Shown in pieces: positions 41,163 through 51,243 of a stretch of 64,000 bases of DNA (position 1 is the first letter of the stretch; each line of letters opens with the position of its first letter). This stretch comes from Andalucia godoyi And28. Taxonomy: Eukaryota > Protista > Jakobida. The stretch covers positions 191,185 through 255,184 of the forward strand of contig VRVR01000043.1 of NCBI GenBank assembly GCA_009859145.1. Direction: 5' to 3'. Below the pieces are notes generated by a model that saw nothing but the letters and a program-made list of their open reading frames with translations, searched no databases and had not been told where the DNA came from. The translations under genes were made by a program, and so were the position numbers.

Positions 41163-43151
41163 CTACTTGTGGCGCAGCTTCAACAAATACTTGATCTTCG
41201 ACACGATTTCCATCGCGGTTCGTTTGCTCGTGACGATGTAGTTCAGTACTTCTCGTCCAGACGCCGATTTTGGATCCCGAAACAGAATAGAGAACGAAAA
41301 CTCCGAAGGCGGTTCTTCGAGATAGGCGTCCATGATGTCGACCACAGGGCGCAGCGGATGCTTTGTCTTTGACTGTTTTGCCTCCTGTCCCTTGGGCACC
41401 ATGTTGTACAGGTTATCACGATCGATTCCAAGGCGGCGTTCCTGGTGCTGACCGTACTTGTTCACCTTGACAACACGATACTCGGAATATTGGGAAGCAG
41501 TGAACTCGGAGAAAAAGAAGTCCATATCAAAAGGCGTGTCTTCTGGGATGGCGGCTCCAGGCTGCGAGCCGACAAAAGAGTGTCGGCTGACCCCGGCAGG
41601 GGCTCCGCTTGACAGCGATGTCCCTTCGAGCACAACCGATCGAGTGGACAGGACACCCATTGTCACTTCCAGCTTCGGGCCAGTCGGTTCAATGCTCTGA
41701 CCGGAAATGGGATCCGTAACCTTGAGCAAATAACGGTGTCCGTCATTCTCCAAACCGAGCTTCGTCACGAGCACGTCTCTCAAATCCTTCAGCATCAAAT
41801 CCGGCGAAACATACACGTTGCGAAGTCTGTCTGGCAGAATCGAGACTTGGACAAGCACGTCTTCGAGTCTCTTATAAATAGGCCTGGCCAGCAACTCCGC
41901 AGACGCTTCCAGCGCATCCGCAGGATTTCTCTTTGTGCTCCCCGCGTTTCCCCCGTGACCATTCGATGTCCCGTTTGGCACACCCGCAGTTCCCGACGAG
42001 AAGTTTGCAGCCCGCACGCTCGGTTCCGAAGCCGCAGCGTCTGCAGCTGGTCGAGCGGACCTGGGAGCCGTGACCAGGGTCTGCTGGGTGTTTCGATTCA
42101 CGCCTGCTCCATCGATGTTTGCTACGCTGGCACGTCGCATATTCACATTTTCCGAAATGCACAGAGTAAACATATCGAAGCCAACCTTTTGCACTAATCG
42201 CGCATAGTCCAGTGCCGGGAGATCTTCATCTGCACATCCGTCGTCGTCTGCAATTCGGAGAACATAGTAATGGACGTCGTTTGAAGGCAGCGCTTGCATT
42301 CCTCCCGACGATCGGACGGCTGCAAGCGTAAGTCGAATAGACTGTTCGACGGTCGCCGTTTCCGGGATCTTCACACGAAACTTTTGTCCATTCAAGAATG
42401 CCAGAAACACCGTAATGGGAAACAGTCGTCCCGTCAAGTTGATCACATCGCCTTGCAAATGCGATGTCAATTGGGACACACGGGCGGGACGATTCGCATC
42501 GACGGGAGGAACTGCAACACGCTCAAATACAATCTTTGAACCGTCCAGATTCCCGCTTGCGCCATTCGAGCCATTCTGCGCCCCACTGGCGTTCTGATGC
42601 GTGAGTTGCGCATGCATCGGCGGTGCAGCCTGCTGCTGTTGCAGCTGCAATTGTGGTTGTGGTTGTGGTTGTGCAGCGTCCAGCATTCCGCCTGGATTGT
42701 TGGCATTCATGTTTGCCGCATGATTACTCGCAAGAGTCAATGGCCTCGCAATCCTCGGTCTTCTTCCATGTCCGCGCGCTCCATAGAAGTGAATCCTGCC
42801 GTCTCGTTCGCGGTCACCTCGCGGAGCCACATTCGGCGCGGCCTGCGCTTGCTGGACCGTGTGATGATGACTATGATGGTGCTGGGACTGGGACTGGGAC
42901 TGGGACTGGCCGGACTGACTGGACTGACTGGACTCCGGATACGAAATGTTTGCATGGACTCTTCGTTCCGTGTCTGCGACTGTCTTTGCCCGCTTCAACT
43001 GCGCCAGGTGAGATGCAGAAAACGCTCGTTTGGACGCAGACTTGTCGCATTCGGCGCGAAAATCGTCGTATTCTGCAGCAGAAACCACGTCTGGCGGGGA
43101 TTCGGCCGGTTGCACAGACCTCAGAGGCGGAGGCGGATTGTGACAAAACAT
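41163..43151 (-). CDS. MAPKAP1: TORC2 subunit SIN1/Avo1/RIP3 (CRIM + RBD-like + PH)
   Basis: CRIM: IPETATVEQSIRLTL..YVLRIADDDGCADEDLPALD..FTLC. SIN1-PH: YSEYRVVKVNKYGQHQERRLGIDRDNLYN. Confidence 0.9.
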   Translation of the reverse strand: MFCHNPPPPLRSVQPAESPPDVVSAAEYDDFRAECDKSASKRAFSASHLAQLKRAKTVADTERRVHANISYPESSQSSQSGQSQSQSQSQHHHSHHHTVQQAQAAPNVAPRGDRERDGRIHFYGARGHGRRPRIARPLTLASNHAANMNANNPGGMLDAAQPQPQPQLQLQQQQAAPPMHAQLTHQNASGAQNGSNGASGNLDGSKIVFERVAVPPVDANRPARVSQLTSHLQGDVINLTGRLFPITVFLAFLNGQKFRVKIPETATVEQSIRLTLAAVRSSGGMQALPSNDVHYYVLRIADDDGCADEDLPALDYARLVQKVGFDMFTLCISENVNMRRASVANIDGAGVNRNTQQTLVTAPRSARPAADAAASEPSVRAANFSSGTAGVPNGTSNGHGGNAGSTKRNPADALEASAELLARPIYKRLEDVLVQVSILPDRLRNVYVSPDLMLKDLRDVLVTKLGLENDGHRYLLKVTDPISGQSIEPTGPKLEVTMGVLSTRSVVLEGTSLSSGAPAGVSRHSFVGSQPGAAIPEDTPFDMDFFFSEFTASQYSEYRVVKVNKYGQHQERRLGIDRDNLYNMVPKGQEAKQSKTKHPLRPVVDIMDAYLEEPPSEFSFSILFRDPKSASGREVLNYIVTSKRTAMEIVSKIKYLLKLRHK

Positions 43152-43449
43152 TCTCCAACAAATGAAGAAACGAAGAAGAAAAATGATATATATATATATG
43201 TATATTAATAAATCAGTAAAAATTTAAAAAAACAGAAAACGGAGACACAAGGTGTGCCTGAAAAAGCAAGTGGGAAAGGGGCAGGATGGATGATGATGGG
43301 GAAAAAAAAATGCGTGTGAAACCATTAACAGTGAAACAAAGGCTGACAAAACGGATGCGTACGTTGATCGGAGATTCGAGGCGATTGACATTTGTCGAAT
43401 TGCAGCTGCATTGCCTGCTGTAGTGTGCTCGTTTTTTCCTTTCGTTTTT

Positions 43450-43717
43450 ATTGGTCATTGGTTAAGCTGTCACCGAAAGACAGAGCCAAGCCACGTGTTT
43501 TTATTAATTGGGGAGGGGGAGGGGGAAGGGGAGGGGGAAGGGGAGGGGGTGGGTTGAACACCAGCTCTTCAATGCAGATTGCTCTGCATCAAAGGGGCAC
43601 CGCTTCTTCTTCTTGCTCTCGGCCTCCGACGAGAGGGTCGGGCATGGCCGGTTTGGGTTTGCTGGGAAGATCCCTCTTTGGGACCATGCGATGTTTTGTC
43701 TGCTTGAGGGTTTGATT
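43450..43717. repeat. Dispersed repeat family A, copy 2 (with G-tract and hairpin insertion)
   Basis: Same orientation and core as 24694-24905, plus an inserted (GGGGA)n tract at about 43511-43551 and hairpin ATGCAGA-ttgc-TCTGCAT. Confidence 0.9.
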
Positions 43718-43924
43718 ATTAAAAAACAAACTAACAGAAAATAATAGAAAGAGTAAAAAAGTGAAGACTGAAGAATGAAGAAATACTGGGACTTTGACTA
43801 CGGTAAGAATTCGCGTCCCCATATAGGTTTTAGAAATAAACACACTTCCGGTTTAATGTTGCTTGTTTGATGTTCATTGTTGATACACAAAGCTGTCAAC
43901 CGTCGGACTGTAGAGGACCGGGGG

Positions 43925-45151
43925 ATGTCCAGTGCAAACGAGCTGCCATGCAGACGGCCCATGTCCGGGAGACAGATGGTTTGCATGACTTGGGCCGCGC
44001 CCGCATCATTGACGGCGATGGATACGGCGCAGAGTACGACGGTTGGAAAGACGATGCGGATCGTGTCGTACAATATCCTTGCACAGAGCCTTGTGAAACA
44101 CGGCCCGTTCCAGCACGTTAGGCACCACTTACGGGCGTTGAAACACCGGGTTGCGAGCCTCGTGTCGGAACTGTCAAGCTACGACGCGGACGTTCTATGC
44201 TTGCAGGAAGACGACATGTCTGACTCCATGTCGCGCTTGCTGTCGTGCGTGGACACCGGCAGCGGGACGTCTCGGTCGTATACGATCGTCAATTCCCACC
44301 GGCCTCGCAAGGCGGACGGCTGCTCTATATACTATGACGACACTCGGTTTTCGCTTGCTTCTGCCTTTTCGCTGTCCTTTGACATGATTGCGCCGTACGT
44401 TGTCCAAGCCTGCCGGCCAAAGTACATCCGACATAACATCGGGCTTGGCGTGGTGCTCAAGGAGGAAGCATCAGGGTGCCTCATGCTGGTTGCCAACTGC
44501 CATATCCAATGGAGCCCGGCTTTGACAGAGGTGAAGCTTGCGCAGGTTGTGTGGATGGCCACTGTGGTCCAGCAGCTGGCAAACGAAGTGTACCACTGCC
44601 CCGTTCTCTGGGCCGGCGATTTCAACTCCCTGCCCAATTCATCCGTCTACTCATTCCTTGCTTCGTCGGGCGTTTCTTTGCGCGGTTTCCCGGAATTTGA
44701 AAAGTACCTGTCTCTTGATTTTGCCATCGAGCACCGGGCTTTGCATGCTGCTGAAGCACCGTTCCTTCCACACCCTCCTTTTGCTGCAGACATACGCTCC
44801 GTTGGGCTGCGGTCTGCAATGTCTGCATACCGCACTGTTTCCAGCCCTTTGCTGCTTCCGCAGTCCCGCTCGAATCTGCCTCCGCGCTACCACATGAACC
44901 ACATTCTATCTCGGGAAACTGCAGCCAAGGAGCATGCGCGTTTGGGGGATAACGAGCCAGAATATACAAACTTCTCGTCGGACTTTGTGGGAACGCTCGA
45001 CTACATCTGGGTCAGTCCCGCAAACGTTTCGGTGTGCGCGGTTGCCGAGTTGCTGCCTGAAGCATTCATCAAACTGCACACTGCATTGCCTTTACCACAG
45101 TTCTCCTCGGATCATCTTGCTTTGGTGGCGGACGTGCGTATCCACTGGTGA
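43925..45151 (+). CDS. CCR4/Angel/nocturnin-family EEP phosphodiesterase (deadenylase-like)
   Basis: IVSYNILAQSL, DVLCLQE, DGCSIYY, GDFNSLPNS, FVGTLDYIW and SSDHLALVAD motifs. Likely ATG 43925. Confidence 0.9.
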   Translation: MSSANELPCRRPMSGRQMVCMTWAAPASLTAMDTAQSTTVGKTMRIVSYNILAQSLVKHGPFQHVRHHLRALKHRVASLVSELSSYDADVLCLQEDDMSDSMSRLLSCVDTGSGTSRSYTIVNSHRPRKADGCSIYYDDTRFSLASAFSLSFDMIAPYVVQACRPKYIRHNIGLGVVLKEEASGCLMLVANCHIQWSPALTEVKLAQVVWMATVVQQLANEVYHCPVLWAGDFNSLPNSSVYSFLASSGVSLRGFPEFEKYLSLDFAIEHRALHAAEAPFLPHPPFAADIRSVGLRSAMSAYRTVSSPLLLPQSRSNLPPRYHMNHILSRETAAKEHARLGDNEPEYTNFSSDFVGTLDYIWVSPANVSVCAVAELLPEAFIKLHTALPLPQFSSDHLALVADVRIHW

Positions 45152-45547
45152 GAAATTCGAGAGGACACCGTCTTTCAGAACGGCGTTTTCTCTCCTTATT
45201 TTGGTGCTGTTTTTCGTTTCGGCGTTTCAACTGATTATCAAGGTGGTTGCGCGAGAGATTTCGATTGTACGAGTAAAATAGAACACGACACTACCAAATC
45301 AAAGAAGAAAAAACCGTGGCATCAGAATTATGTACATCAACGCTGCAATGATGCAAGTCAAACAATAGCATCAGAGATTGGAGCGGGATTTTCGTCGTCG
45401 TCGTCTTTTTTCTTTTTTTTTTCTTCCCCTTCTTTCTTTTCTTTTTTTCTTCCCCTTCTTGTGTAGAATGTGTTTCCGTTTCCCACCACCCACCACCACG
45501 CAATAGGCCCCGAGCAGCCCGTGCTCACGCCGGCAAGATCACACAGT

Positions 45548-46897
45548 CTAGTCCATCTTGTGCCCTGCAGTCAAGAACGAGAATCGAGAGTTAGTGTCCT
45601 TGGACCGAAGCGCGTCATCGGGGTTCCAAAACGATTCATAGCGAAGTCGTTCCTGTTCGGAAGCCTCCGGGGAGAGAATATTAGAACGAGAAAACACTGC
45701 TGATTCCGGGTTTGACGAATGCAGACTAAACGGCGTGGGCTCGACCTCGATTGTCGACGGGAACTGCACCTTCATCGTCTTTGGTGTGAACGGAAACACA
45801 AATGACGAGAACATGTCTCCTGAGAATTCGACACAATGCACGCTGGACGAATTTCGTGGAGAAGGAGGAGTCGAAAGCGCGTGCTTCGGAGGCACCGAAT
45901 CACACGTCAGACTGAACTCTTTCAATGAGTCTGAAAGTGAATACTGAGATGGGGTCGTCGCTGCACCAGGCACGTCCGAAGCAGCGGCACTTGTCCACGG
46001 CACGAAGCCACGAGAATCAGATGCCAGTGAGGAATCCGTAGCAGTCACCTGACCTGTGTTGCCAAACGCTACTTGCGATTCGACCCATGTCGGTGGATCT
46101 GACGTCACAGCCGGGGTGCCCTTCCCGCCTCGTTTCTTGTCCTTTGCATACGACCGAGGTGCCGAGCCCTTTTCAGAATTGGCTCTACGTCTTCGCTTCA
46201 TTGTGACATCCAGCGGCCCACAGCCAGCACCCTGAGAATTCCCAAATGGAATGCACACGGGACCGGTCTGCTTGGTTCTCTCTTCAAAAGTCACTGCAAC
46301 ATCCGAGTGGGGCGACGAAAACAATGTATTTTCTCTGCCACTGTGTTCGGTGCTTTGACATCGGTACGGGGATGGAGCCTCAGTTGCAGTGGGAACGTCA
46401 GTTGACGTGGGAGTTGGCGAGGGCATGGAAGCATCCGAGCGAGGTGTATCCTGCCCCCCAACACTCACGATTGAATGCAGTGTCTGTTCTTCCTGTGCCG
46501 TCGAAATAAGCAAATTGGACGGTTCGTACTCGAGAGCTTCAGTCCGGGGATCCGTGGACTCGCCGGACGGCACAAACAGCGGCAGCGTCTGTGAATCGGC
46601 CGCATGCAGCAGCAGCGAGCAGCTAATGGGCCACTCCATCATTCGGTGCTTCCACAGCAACGACAGCGAAAATGGATGCTGGAGAGGAACCAAGAGTGTG
46701 TGGTACGGACCCGAATCCTTTTGGAAACCCACGGCGGTCGCAGGACGCGGGCTCACTGCATGCGACAGCGGGAACGACTTCACAAAGAAGAAAAACCGGC
46801 ATAAAAGTACCGAAATCGCGAACAATGCCAAGATGGTCATTACCATATACACTACAGATGAAGGCTCGTAAGAAGAAGCCATGTATTCGTCCATCAT
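45548..46897 (-). CDS. Hypothetical protein with N-terminal transmembrane helix and Ser/Pro/Thr-rich disordered body
   Basis: 449-aa ORF with genome-typical composition; hydrophobic VVYMVMTILALFAISVLLC; basic KRRRR patch; no family recognised. Confidence 0.6.
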   Translation of the reverse strand: MMDEYMASSYEPSSVVYMVMTILALFAISVLLCRFFFFVKSFPLSHAVSPRPATAVGFQKDSGPYHTLLVPLQHPFSLSLLWKHRMMEWPISCSLLLHAADSQTLPLFVPSGESTDPRTEALEYEPSNLLISTAQEEQTLHSIVSVGGQDTPRSDASMPSPTPTSTDVPTATEAPSPYRCQSTEHSGRENTLFSSPHSDVAVTFEERTKQTGPVCIPFGNSQGAGCGPLDVTMKRRRRANSEKGSAPRSYAKDKKRGGKGTPAVTSDPPTWVESQVAFGNTGQVTATDSSLASDSRGFVPWTSAAASDVPGAATTPSQYSLSDSLKEFSLTCDSVPPKHALSTPPSPRNSSSVHCVEFSGDMFSSFVFPFTPKTMKVQFPSTIEVEPTPFSLHSSNPESAVFSRSNILSPEASEQERLRYESFWNPDDALRSKDTNSRFSFLTAGHKMD

Positions 46898-47003
46898 GCT
46901 TGCTTCTTTTTTTCTTCTTCCTCTTCTTCTTTCGTTTTGCTTTCTCTCAACCCAGTCGAAGCAAATGGTAATGGTGAAAGCGAGGCAGAACGAGCGAGCG
47001 AGC

Positions 47004-47004
<1 letters not shown>

Positions 47005-47077
<73 letters not shown>
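47005..47077 (+). repeat. (GA)n microsatellite
   Basis: Perfect dinucleotide run about 110 bp upstream of the minus-strand gene at 46897. Confidence 0.95.
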
Positions 47078-47078
<1 letters not shown>

Positions 47079-47450
47079 AGAAACTGAATAATTGGCAAAG
47101 GCGAATTGGAAAAAAAATAATATGATTATCACTGTTTTTTAAATTAAAAAAAGAAGAAGAAGAAAGAAAAAAGAAAAAAGAAAAAAGAAAAAAATGAAAA
47201 AATCAAGGAGAAATGATAATGATACAAAGTAATGATACAAAACGAACGCAGAACAACAAAAAGAAAAAGGAAAAAGGAAAAACGCTGTACTGGTTTTAAT
47301 GGAGTTTCATAGACTAAAGGCGGATGACGGATGGCGGATGGGAATTTTGGCAAGTTGGAAGGACCGAAATAGAAGTGTCACACGTGTGAGTCTTTTTTTT
47401 TTATTATGGGAGGTGCAAATTCCTTTTTTGGTAAATTCCGACAAAAGAAG

Positions 47451-47492
<42 letters not shown>

Positions 47493-47539
47493 TAATTAAT
47501 TCATTCATTGATTGATGAAGCAGCTGTTGTTCGTGGTTG

Positions 47540-50179
47540 TTATTCCGGAGATGGCGCGGTGCTCAGGCTGCACAAACCAGAGGAGAGAAAGTACTGGAGA
47601 AGTGCATCGGAGCGGTCGATATCAAGACCGCTCACTGCTCTCATATGCCCTCTGCTCATTTCTGGGCTGTTGATGACATGGTTCTTGACGTGCAAGAACA
47701 GCATGGGAGATACATGGTTTCGCTGGCACCACGCGGACTCTTCTGCATTGAGCAGCTCTGTCCGAGGAAGCGATGAAACATCCATGATGCCGCCCCACTC
47801 GGCCTTGCGTCCAACGAACTCCGACAGCACCATCAACCACGCTTCGTAGTCCGGTTCGGATTCCGCAACAACGTCAAGCGACCGTTTTCCGCCCTCGTAG
47901 ATCAGAGAAAAGGACAAGTAGAACTCTGCGCTGGCCTCCAATGCTCGATTCCGAGCAAACACCTTGGTGTACTGACCACGCTGGAACTTTTCCACGTCAG
48001 AAAACAAGAGACTGTCAGGCTCCAAGCGACCGCTCTCCCCGTGCTTTGGGTCAAACCATGAGATGCGGTCGTGGGACGCAGGAATGAAAAAGTGTCGGGG
48101 ATGAGGCTGTCCGTATCGGCCGTGTTTCATAAGCACGCAGCCGTGCTCGAGATAGCGAATCACATCATTTAACAGATTCTGGCGGTTGAAAATCTCCTCT
48201 TGCTGCCTTCGAATCGCAGCCTCGACGGACTCTGCAGATCTCCCGTCTTGCAAATCAGCAAAATCGACGGAGGCATCCTGGAGCTCGCCGTCGTTTTCCT
48301 CGCGATCGTCCTGTCCCGGCAGCGGGGCCTCGATATCCCCCGAGACTGCAGATCGGAAAACATCTGCAAAGATCCCTTCGCAGACCCAGTGAGCCTCGGA
48401 CTCGGATCGCTTTGCTTGCAGCTCTTGCAACTTTGCTTCCTCGGTCTTGAGCTCCGCGTCTTTCTTCGACAATAGCTTGCGGGCTTTGCGGATCTTTTGA
48501 AACGCGTCCCAAATCTTCTTTTCGATTTCCCAATGGCTGTTCTCCTCCTTCCACTGTTTATCTTCGCGGTCGAATGCGGCTGTCCATTGTTCAAATTCCT
48601 TCGAGACTTCCAATTCCCGATTTCTAATTTCATCATTCAGCAAATCTTCTTGCCGCTCCAGCAGCGCCACTTGCGCCTGCAGCGCAGCCACCTCATCGCC
48701 GACAGCAGCGCGAGCAGTTTCAGCCTCTCTAATGCGTCCATACAGCTCGTCCACAACAGCCCCGCGAGAACTCTTTTGCTTCCCGACCTTCTCCTCGAGC
48801 TCCTTCCGCGTTTGCACAGCCAGCTCGAGCTTGTCGTTCAAACCTTTGCACAGCTGCTTCTCGGACTCTGCAAGAGCATCGACCCCCTGCTTCACTTTCA
48901 GCTTCACATGCTGGCGGTCCTTTATCTCTTGATCGGACGCTTCTTTCGCGCGCCTTTCTCTCGCGTCCACAAGCATGGAGCGGAGAGCATCGTCAAAATT
49001 CGGAGCGCCTACCATGCTGTCCGTGAATCGGAAGGAGTATCCATGGACGGCCTGCACAAATCGCAGATTGGCAACGAGTTCTTCATGCTCTTTCGCGACA
49101 CGCAAATATGCTGCCTCTGCTTCTCGATCTGCTGGATTCACTTGCTCTGCCTTCATTTCCTTGACGCGATCCGCGAACCTCATCGTGGACAGGGATTCGT
49201 GGACCGACAGTTCCGAAGGAGACAGATTCGCAATGAGCAGCACCTTGCAATTACCCGAAAACGAGTTTTTCAGCAGCCTCGTAAGCTTTGAGTCTCGGTA
49301 CGGAATATGCCCACGGCTCATGAACAGCGCATTGACCACCATGCCAAGCGCCGAGAGAGACTTGTTGATGAACTGGGCCTCTTTCAAGCGATCTCCTTCC
49401 ACGCCGGAGCGCTTGATCCTCTCCGATCCTGCCAAGTCCACAAGCGTCAGCCTACTCGAGACGACTTTTGCCGACGCTCTGTCCTTTTGCGAAATGTCAA
49501 TAAAAAACAGCGCGTGCGAACGGGAAGATCGATCGTTCATGTGCGTGGATGACGTTGCACGGTTGTTGTTTGCCTTTGTGAACAAGTTGTGCACTTGCAT
49601 CACATTCGAGACAGCAAACGACTTGACGTTCTGAATGAACACATTATCGCGATCTTCCTTGAGCACTGGTTCTGGATCTCCCTTCTCGGACAGCAAATCT
49701 CGCACCATTTCATTATAAATCTCAAGAATCGACAGCTCAACCGCCACATCCAGGTTCCGTGCATTCCGTCTCTGGTATGTAAATATGTCCACCAGAGCGC
49801 GCAAAAAGAGGCCAGAGTCTTCTGTGAGCAAATTCTGTGCATCGATGACATCGCTACGCGTCCATTCCGACGTGTCTCCCAGCACCGTGTACGTCTTTCC
49901 GGATCCTGTTTGCCCGTATGTGAAAATCGTGGAGTGGAGTCCCTGCAGCGCGGCGTCCACGAGATCCACCCCGCTTTCTTCATACACATGCTCCCCGGTG
50001 TTCGAATGATCGAACACAGCATCGACCGCAAACGTGTTTGTCTTTTTGTCCTCTGGATTTACAATCAACACCGTCGTTTCATTGGCTTTCTGAACTGCAT
50101 CAACATCGAACTTTTCACCAAGGCGAGACAGTCTCGGCCGGATCCGCACAGCGACGCGAACTTTCGAATCATCCGTCAT
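47540..50179 (-). CDS. Kinesin with coiled coil, PH domain and C-terminal SWIRM/HTH-like domain
   Basis: From ATG 50179 (MTDDSKVRVAVRIRPR): P-loop GQTGSGKT, switch I SSRSH, switch II DLAGSE, HIPYRDSKLTRLL. PH: LMKHGRYGQPH..QRGQYTKVF..SLDVVA..WL. Tail LLNAEESAWCQRNHVSP..LLQYFLSSG. Confidence 0.9.
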   Translation of the reverse strand: MTDDSKVRVAVRIRPRLSRLGEKFDVDAVQKANETTVLIVNPEDKKTNTFAVDAVFDHSNTGEHVYEESGVDLVDAALQGLHSTIFTYGQTGSGKTYTVLGDTSEWTRSDVIDAQNLLTEDSGLFLRALVDIFTYQRRNARNLDVAVELSILEIYNEMVRDLLSEKGDPEPVLKEDRDNVFIQNVKSFAVSNVMQVHNLFTKANNNRATSSTHMNDRSSRSHALFFIDISQKDRASAKVVSSRLTLVDLAGSERIKRSGVEGDRLKEAQFINKSLSALGMVVNALFMSRGHIPYRDSKLTRLLKNSFSGNCKVLLIANLSPSELSVHESLSTMRFADRVKEMKAEQVNPADREAEAAYLRVAKEHEELVANLRFVQAVHGYSFRFTDSMVGAPNFDDALRSMLVDARERRAKEASDQEIKDRQHVKLKVKQGVDALAESEKQLCKGLNDKLELAVQTRKELEEKVGKQKSSRGAVVDELYGRIREAETARAAVGDEVAALQAQVALLERQEDLLNDEIRNRELEVSKEFEQWTAAFDREDKQWKEENSHWEIEKKIWDAFQKIRKARKLLSKKDAELKTEEAKLQELQAKRSESEAHWVCEGIFADVFRSAVSGDIEAPLPGQDDREENDGELQDASVDFADLQDGRSAESVEAAIRRQQEEIFNRQNLLNDVIRYLEHGCVLMKHGRYGQPHPRHFFIPASHDRISWFDPKHGESGRLEPDSLLFSDVEKFQRGQYTKVFARNRALEASAEFYLSFSLIYEGGKRSLDVVAESEPDYEAWLMVLSEFVGRKAEWGGIMDVSSLPRTELLNAEESAWCQRNHVSPMLFLHVKNHVINSPEMSRGHMRAVSGLDIDRSDALLQYFLSSGLCSLSTAPSPE

Positions 50180-51243
50180 ATTGTGCACATTAATCGCCAC
50201 CTGCTCCCTCGAAGTGCCTCTCTTTGGCTTCGAAAAAAACAACAAAAACAAAAACAAAAACAAAAAAAGTCGTCGAGAGAGTCGAAAAAACACTCGTCTG
50301 TAAGGCAACATCGATAAAATTTCAATTCGGAAATTCCGGCATTTCCAACCTTGCGATTTCTTTCCGTCTTTCCCATTTGTCCGTTTGTTTTTTCCGTTAT
50401 CCGTCTTCTTCTTCTTCTACTTCTACTACTACTACTACTACTTCTTCTTCTTCGTCGTCGTCGTCTTCGTCGTCGTCTTCGTCTTCGTCTTCGTCTTCGT
50501 CTTCGTCTTCGTTTGGGTTGGATTTTTAATTTAGTTGCTGTTGCTTGCTTGCTTTCTTCGTCTCTTATTATGTTTTCGTGACCTGATGGTGCATGTTGTG
50601 AAAACTGACATTCGGCGACGCGTCGTTTGGCCCCACCGGTGTGAGAGGTGAGCGTGCGGTGCCTGTGTCCCTCCATCCGACGAGCACTGCACGAACAAGA
50701 AGTGATGCGCATGCAGATGCTCGAGAGTCCGGCGTTGCGTCGTGCGCGTTTTCGTGCCCCAGGGGGGAAGTTTGAGACATTTTACCACAGTGAGCTGTCC
50801 ATCTGACCGCCGCTGCGTGGGCCGCGATGACCGTTTGTCGGTCCGGCCGCCGTCTCCCTGTATCGGAATCCATCAGGGCATTCCTAGTCCAAGCGAGTTG
50901 GAAATCTCGCGTAGAGAGCACTCATGAAAATTACGTTTATGACGGTGAATGCGGATAAAGCGCATGAAAGGATGTCGGACATTTCGAAGCGGGAAAAGAG
51001 CGAGTAAAAACATTAAAATGCGTTGAATCAAGTGATGCTTCTTCGCATCATCGTCAATCACAGACCATCAAACTCGCCGTTACTGGGGAATTCTTCCGAC
51101 AATGCAAAACTACAAAACTCCAAACGGAACATGGTTGCAACCATCATTGATCCTGCCGAGGTTGATAGTTGAAATCGATAGTTGACAGCAGCTAAAAAAG
51201 AATAATAAGAATAATAAGAATAATAATAATTATTGGACGATAT

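Noticed and set aside
50400-50512. Poly-Arg / poly-Ser ORFs
   Set aside because: Translations of (CTT)/(CTA)/(TCG)/(TCTTCG) microsatellites in a spacer.
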